Source: Octopus vulgaris (Eukaryota). Taken from it: a stretch of DNA of 64,000 bases. Below the pieces are notes generated by a model. The model worked only from the letters and a program-made list of their open reading frames with translations, was not told the DNA's origin and made no database searches. The stretch spans positions 42,780,001-42,844,000 of the forward strand of contig OX597816.1 in assembly GCA_951406725.2 (NCBI GenBank). Direction: 5' to 3'. Within the stretch, counting starts at the first letter, position 1; each line of letters starts with the position of its first letter. The position numbers and the translations under genes are program-made. Positions 58,345-64,000 of this stretch are shown here, one piece after another.

Positions 58345-59221
58345 GTCATGATTTCTATTATAAGCAGAAGGTCTGGAATTTCGTGGGGAGAGACTTGTCG
58401 GTTACATCGACCCCTGCCATCAACTGGTTCTTATTTTATCGACCATAATAATGTGAAAAGAAAATTCGGCGAAATTTCAACTAGATTACGTAAAGACGAA
58501 TGAAACGTCGCTAAGCATTTTTTCCGGCGTGCCTTCCACTGCTAGGGTGAAACCATAGCATAAACAGCTGTGAACTTGTATATATCAATACGGAGCAAAT
58601 AATTCAGGAGAAAAATATCTGTGAAGATATTATTGACTCTGCTATTATCTAGTATAATAATTAAAAATGATAATAAAAGAATGAATAATATAGGCGATTG
58701 CAGGCTCAAAGAAACGTTAAATAGCTGAAGGATTAAAATTAATCAGAAGACATACCAGGTATGTCTACCTGCTGGAAATTACAGCCAAAACTCTTATTTA
58801 AATTGCCGAAAAAGACACAACTGCGAGCAAACGGCTGAATACAATCTTTCAACATATATTCAAGTATTTTAAATTTCGTGGACTCGTTCCTGGACTGGCA
58901 TTATAGCCCCATCTACCTCAAAACGTGTTACCATGATGTGAAGCCCGAACCCGTCACATTGAAGTCTGCACTGTAACAGGTCTGTTTTGCACTAAATCTT
59001 AGAAGTAACCAGTGTGAAAATAATTTCAATACGAAGCAAATAATTCAGGAGACAAATATTTGCGAAGATATTATTGACTTTATTATTATCTGGTGTTAAA
59101 ATTAAAAACGTTACTAACAGAATCAATAATATCGGCGATTTGAATAATAGTTTTGACTGTTATTTCCAGCAGGTAGATATGTTTTATATATATATATGTA
59201 TGTGTGTTTGTGTGTGTATGT

Positions 59222-59322
59222 GTGGAGGTGCAATGACCCAATGGTTAGGGCAGCAGACACGCAGTTATAGAATCGCGGTTTCGATTCCCAGACTGGGCGC
59301 TGTCAATGTCTCTTGAGCGAAA
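59222..59322 (+). mobile_element. SINE head fragment (family of 60724-60999)
   Basis: gtggaggtgcaatgacccaatggttagggcagc...ggtttcgattcccagac. Confidence 0.65.
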
Positions 59323-60185
59323 TCATTCTCTTTATCTAATCTACTCCATAATCTACCATCAAAATATACTAAAGTGGCTCGCGCAGCAAGTATTATATTT
59401 ATTTCGCATCGAGACAAATCAGAATTTCTCATACTATAAATCAGGTCTTTATTCAGGACGATCGTGTTAATAGTGGCGTAATAACTCTCTAAATTTAATT
59501 GCAAGAATCTAATATTCTTGCTAATTTCTCGAAGCTTAAACCATCCAACCGTCTCTTGGGTGTCTGAATAGTCTTAAGGGCGGGTAGTACTGTATCAATT
59601 ATTTTCTTACTAATAATGCTTATATCGGACTTAGGGTAAATCAGTCTAACTGAATGGCCAATAAGAAAGTTAAGTTTATGGTCTTGAAGCAGAATCCAGT
59701 CTTTTCTAGGGACGTATGGCTCGGTTCCATCAGCTATAGCTAAATCTTTACCGATTTATAACCCTGTATTGTTAATTATGTTTAATGTGTTGTTATGAGC
59801 GTGTCTAAATTTCCTGAGTAATTCCTTCCTAATCATAGACTTATATACTTTTGGTCAGCTGGCATAAGTATCTCTGGAGCTTTCTTGAAGTAGTCAATTA
59901 ATTTCTGATATTCTGCTGATGTATATTGTACCTTCTAGAGTATTTCTTGAACTTCACATTCTTAACCATACTGTAAGTCCTCTTCATATCTGGTGGATTC
60001 AACTTAGATTTGACTAATTTTTAGTAGGTCGCCATGTTTAGGTTTGTCATTTGGTTTAGCTTTTCTGTCAAAAAAGAAAGCCTTCCACCGCATTCATCGT
60101 ACGAATTGTTTTGTTTTCTCCATAATTTCCCGCATATAATCCTTCCTACTGGGTATAGTTATATCCCTTAGCAAAACATCCAGTG
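59317..60185 (-). pseudogene. Decayed Penelope-like element ORF, N-terminal/RT half
   Basis: Minus frames in order: 'ITIPSRKDYMREIMEKTKQFVR*MRWKAFFF', 'ILMPADQK', 'LQDHKLNF...VRLIYPKSDISIISKKIID', 'FLQLNLESYYATI...IILAARATLVYFDGRLW'. These match PLE RT motifs (FDIxxFYPSI-like). Clade unresolved. Confidence 0.7.
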
Positions 60186-60723
60186 TTATTTTACCCGTCT
60201 GTGTGGTACGCTACCTTATAGCAGCTTACTCCCGGAAATCAGAAATTAGTAGTGGTTATTAGATAATAAAATGAATGAGTTATACCTAGTATCATACTGG
60301 TAAATCACTGTCACATTCACAGTGCTCGCTATGTGTATAATAAATGACAGGTGGAAGAAAATTCTTATTAATTTGTCTGTCTCTCTGTTTCTCTCAGTAT
60401 CTCTTTCTCCCATTTAATATTCCAAAGTTTTCTCATAATCTTACTTCTTATTACTATAGGGATACAAAGTTAATGATGGAGTACACATTTGTCATACGTG
60501 ACTGTGAATTTTTATATCTTACTGTCGTTATTCTGAGTTGTCTTTCCTTTTTATGAAATCGAATGTGTTTGTCCATTGCATTCATAGCTTGTACAAATTA
60601 CTTCGTTTGGGTGTGGTTTTCTTCATAGGTAGCATAATAAGGCTTTACAATTCTTAGTTTCTGGAGATTCGGTGGCATATACTCGCATACATACATAAGT
60701 GCATGCATACATGCATACATATA

Positions 60724-60996
60724 TATCACGTGATCACGTGACCGACCAGACCATCAGATGTTGTTACACATCGCTGGTCACAATGCGTTCGCATTGTTTT
60801 AGCCTTCGAATGACGCTACCCCGCTGGCTAAGCGAGCAGGCGAACAGAAGAAAGAGTGGTGAAAGAGTACAGCAGGGATCACCACCCCCTGCCGGAGCCT
60901 CGTGGAGCTTTTAGGTGTTTTCGCTCGGTCTGGAAATCGAAACCACGATCCTACGACCGCGAGTCCGCTGCCCTAACCACTGGGCCATTGCCCCTC

Positions 60997-60999
<3 letters not shown>
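60724..60999 (-). mobile_element. tRNA-derived SINE
   Basis: Minus head gtggaggggcaatggcccagtggttagggcagcggactc...ggtttcgatttcc. The 3' end is the palindromic tcacgtgatcacgtga. Confidence 0.8.
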
Positions 61000-61069
<70 letters not shown>

Positions 61070-61733
61070 TTGTGTGTGTGTATGTATGTATGTATGTGTA
61101 ATGGAACTGGTTAATTCTTTACACTGTTTGGGTGCAACCAATTTCCTTCCTTTAATTTCCAGAAACTACCAGTCAGGAACAAGAACGCAACCATAAAAAT
61201 ATATATAACTCTTTATTTACTTATTTACAAAAGAAGTACGTTGGTATATTGGTATCCACTCGGTTCGATATAGCAAGGCTAAATGTTAACGTTTGTAAGA
61301 TTTTTACAACAAATTCAGCAGCAACAGAGCAGGTCAAATCCTAAGCGTCTGGGACAGGAGAATAGGCTGATCACACGTTTAACACGTCCATTCTCTTCAA
61401 TAGCCGTGTCTCAAGTCCACGACGCTAACAAGGAACGCGATAGAATTTTCTTCCCCAGTCTCTTGCGCATGTGCATGAGGGAACTTCCTTAGGCCTTTCC
61501 AGAAGGTTCCAGCCCCGCACACGCACACTGAAGAATGAAGTACCGCACACGCACACTGACGAATGACGTTGCTTAAAAGACTTGTTTTATTTATATTCCT
61601 GAGCGCCATACTAATACAATTGTTTGTTTGCATTCCACCTGCCTTCGTCTTTTGTTTATTTTCATAAAGCTTCCCGTTATATATATATATATACATACAT
61701 ACATACATATATGTATATGTGTATATATAAATA

Positions 61734-61799
<66 letters not shown>

Positions 61800-62577
61800 G
61801 ACAACAAGTATAGTCGTCACTAAAGTGACAGAAGGTGTTAGTGAGCACCAGCATTGCTAGAAAATGAGAGTCAAAACAACCCTTAGCCAGGCGAGAGAGC
61901 TCTTCTGACAAGGGGGACAGGCTCCTCCCTACGACGTGTGAGATGAGGTCATACCAGCGTGCTGATTTCAGATTTAACTAATATTCATCAGTGACCCAAT
62001 ATTCCGTCGCCGGTGGATGAAGAACCTAAGTCATCTTGTCGGCATTATAGAGAACACCATAGGTAAGATCGACGGATTTTCGAAAGTTAAAATTATAAAT
62101 GCTTAAGTTGGCTATTCGCAATTTAGAACCGACAAACAACAAGTACAGTCTTCACTAGAGTGATGGAGGATGCTACTAAGCTCCAGCGTTACTAGAAATA
62201 AGAGTCGAAACGTGTGAGTACTTTTTTAACGGCTGACAAGTGACTGTGTGTGTGAACGTAAAAATAAATAACATATATACGTTCGCATGACCTCTGATAA
62301 GGGACACATATGTGTCCTTCGGTCTATTTGTGTACATGCATGTATGCAGGTATGAGTATTCTTATGTATATTCACCTGCTGTCTCCCACTGGGAAAACAT
62401 ATAACTAAGAGAGAAATCCCTTTGACCAAGGCAGACACACATAAACACTTACACTGCGGTCCCAGCATGGCTGTAGACTAATGATTGGCGTAAAGTAAAA
62501 GAAAATATAAACAATTAAAATATTTATGCGTGCTTATATTTGTGGTTGATGTTGGGTTTTTAGGTTTTGCGTGTTTG

Positions 62578-62634
<57 letters not shown>

Positions 62635-62640
62635 CATATA

Positions 62641-62808
62641 TACGACGGGCTTCATTCTGTTTCTATCTACTAAATCCACTCACAACGCTTTGGTCGGTTC
62701 GAGGCTATAGTAGAAGACGCTTGCCCAAGGTGACACGCAGTGGGACTGAAACCGGAACCATGTGGTTCATAAGCAAGCTACTTACCACACAGCCATTACT
62801 ACGCCTAT
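62641..62808 (-). mobile_element. SINE 5' half (12701 family)
   Basis: tacgacgggcttc...gcagtgggactgaaaccggaaccatgtgg...cttaccacacagcc. Confidence 0.8.
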
Positions 62809-63026
62809 ACTTACCACACACGAACTACTACGCCTATATATATATATATAGATAAGAAAGTTGGTTTGTGAAAGCACGTGGGTGAATATATAAAAAATAG
62901 TAAAGAGTGAAAAAACGACAGAAGGCTTAAATGTTAGAAAATATATATATTTGCGTCAATATGTCTGAAGAATATTAGAAAATTTTTTAAACAAATTTTT
63001 TTTCCTTTATAATGACATAATTTTTA

Positions 63027-63065
63027 AAGAAAGACCGGTTTCGCATTTAGCTTTTCAAATTTCTT
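63027..63065 (-). ncRNA. Degenerate minimal hammerhead in the 3' UTR of the PLE
   Basis: aagaaa-tTTGAAAA-gc-taaat-gc-GAAA-ccgg-TC-tttctt. Stem I has 6 bp, GAAACCGGTC is canonical for PLE ribozymes, and the CUGANGA box is altered. Confidence 0.5.
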
Positions 63066-63196
63066 GTGACGTTATGTTTATGTTTAATAGAGTTATGCTT
63101 GTGTTTAAGCTCCGGAGAGTTCTAAATAAGGGAAGGTAGTGGGTGATTTCTTCCGGTGTAAGGGAGATAATCGCTTAAAATTTTTTTTCCTTTCCC

Positions 63197-64000
63197 TTAA
63201 TGTGAATTTCTCTGTATCAGTATGTTCGGATGGTTGAGTCTGAGCTTGTACTTTTCAATGAAGAATGTTTCCTTGTTTAGTCTAATTTGTGTTGATGATC
63301 CAAAAGCACATTGGTAAAATGGAAAGATTAAAAATTGTGGTAGTAGTTGCTTTGCGCATTTCTCAATGTGCTCACTAAAAGGTATCATTCTATATTCTGG
63401 GAATGCAATCTGTTGTCGATGCAGTGTGCATCTACGTCTGAGTGATAGTCCCGTGGAACCCACGTAGTCTTGGTGGCAGCCCGAGCATTTTATGACATAA
63501 ATTATGTTTTCAGAGGCACAAGTAAAGTTAGATTTGATCTTGAATTTCTGTCCCTCTTTAAAGAGGAATTCTGATCCTTCTAGCAGGTTAGGACATGTTG
63601 TACAGTTCGATCTACCACATTTTTTTACTTTTGCATCCGTAATTTCAGAAGACAATTTTGCCTTTGTGAGAATCTTTTTAAGTGATTTAGTCTGTTTGTA
63701 GCTTTTAATGATTTGGTGTATGTTTAGAATTTCCTTTAATTTGGGGTTTTTATGAAGTATTGGTAAATTCTGGGTGATGATGGTGAAGGCTTCTTTGTTT
63801 CTGGGGTTGTATGTAGATATGTAAGGTAGTATTTTCGGGGAAGGTGTGTTGTTGTGTTGAACTTTTCTTAAAGTTTCTATGTTGATTTCTGTTGCACGTC
63901 TGATCCCATCCTCTATGATTTGAGCTGGGTAATGTCTGTCAATTAGGGTGTTTTTGAGTTCTTGCAGTCTAAAGTTCCTGGTATTTTGTTCTGACACTAT
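63197..64000 (-). CDS. Penelope-like element ORF C-terminus: RT thumb, Cys linker and GIY-YIG endonuclease (Neptune-like); runs off the window
   Basis: 266-aa stop-free frame with 'LIDRHYP', 'KCGRSNCTTCP', 'FTCASENIIYVIKCSGCHQDYVGSTG...RRRCTLH' and 'RLNKETFFI..Y...LN'. Confidence 0.9.
   Translation of the reverse strand: MVSEQNTRNFRLQELKNTLIDRHYPAQIIEDGIRRATEINIETLRKVQHNNTPSPKILPYISTYNPRNKEAFTIITQNLPILHKNPKLKEILNIHQIIKSYKQTKSLKKILTKAKLSSEITDAKVKKCGRSNCTTCPNLLEGSEFLFKEGQKFKIKSNFTCASENIIYVIKCSGCHQDYVGSTGLSLRRRCTLHRQQIAFPEYRMIPFSEHIEKCAKQLLPQFLIFPFYQCAFGSSTQIRLNKETFFIEKYKLRLNHPNILIQRNSH

Noticed and set aside
61520-61580. Duplicated gcacaCTGA(A/C)GA motifs
   Set aside because: Possible hammerhead 5' halves, but there is no GAAA/stem III/UH downstream.

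Overview
AT-rich, microsatellite-saturated eukaryotic (animal) genomic DNA. The SINE repertoire resembles that of octopus/cephalopods, which is an inference from recognised repeat sequence and not a database result. No complete host gene is visible; there are only one or two weak exon candidates. The window is a transposon graveyard: a degenerate L1/Tx1-type LINE 3' end (1-1415, -); a young 5'-truncated CR1-type LINE with a (TAAC)n tail (32461-34893) and two further 3' fragments; two Penelope-like element (PLE) ORF fragments (RT N-half 59317-60185, and an open GIY-YIG C-terminus 63197-64000); RTE and mariner remnants; several non-autonomous Helitrons; at least five tRNA-derived SINE families; and MITE-like hairpins. 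The most notable unannotated signal is about a dozen type I hammerhead-ribozyme motifs of the minimal, palindromic-stem-III (PLE/retrozyme) kind. They lie in short non-coding cassettes inserted in (TA)n tracts and often form fold-back inverted repeats. The best case is 26947-28062, where two identical intact hammerheads are 554 nt apart in a non-coding partial tandem with an inverted 5' segment, i.e. a retrozyme/circRNA-like architecture. Almost all short ORFs in the ORF track are microsatellite translation artefacts.
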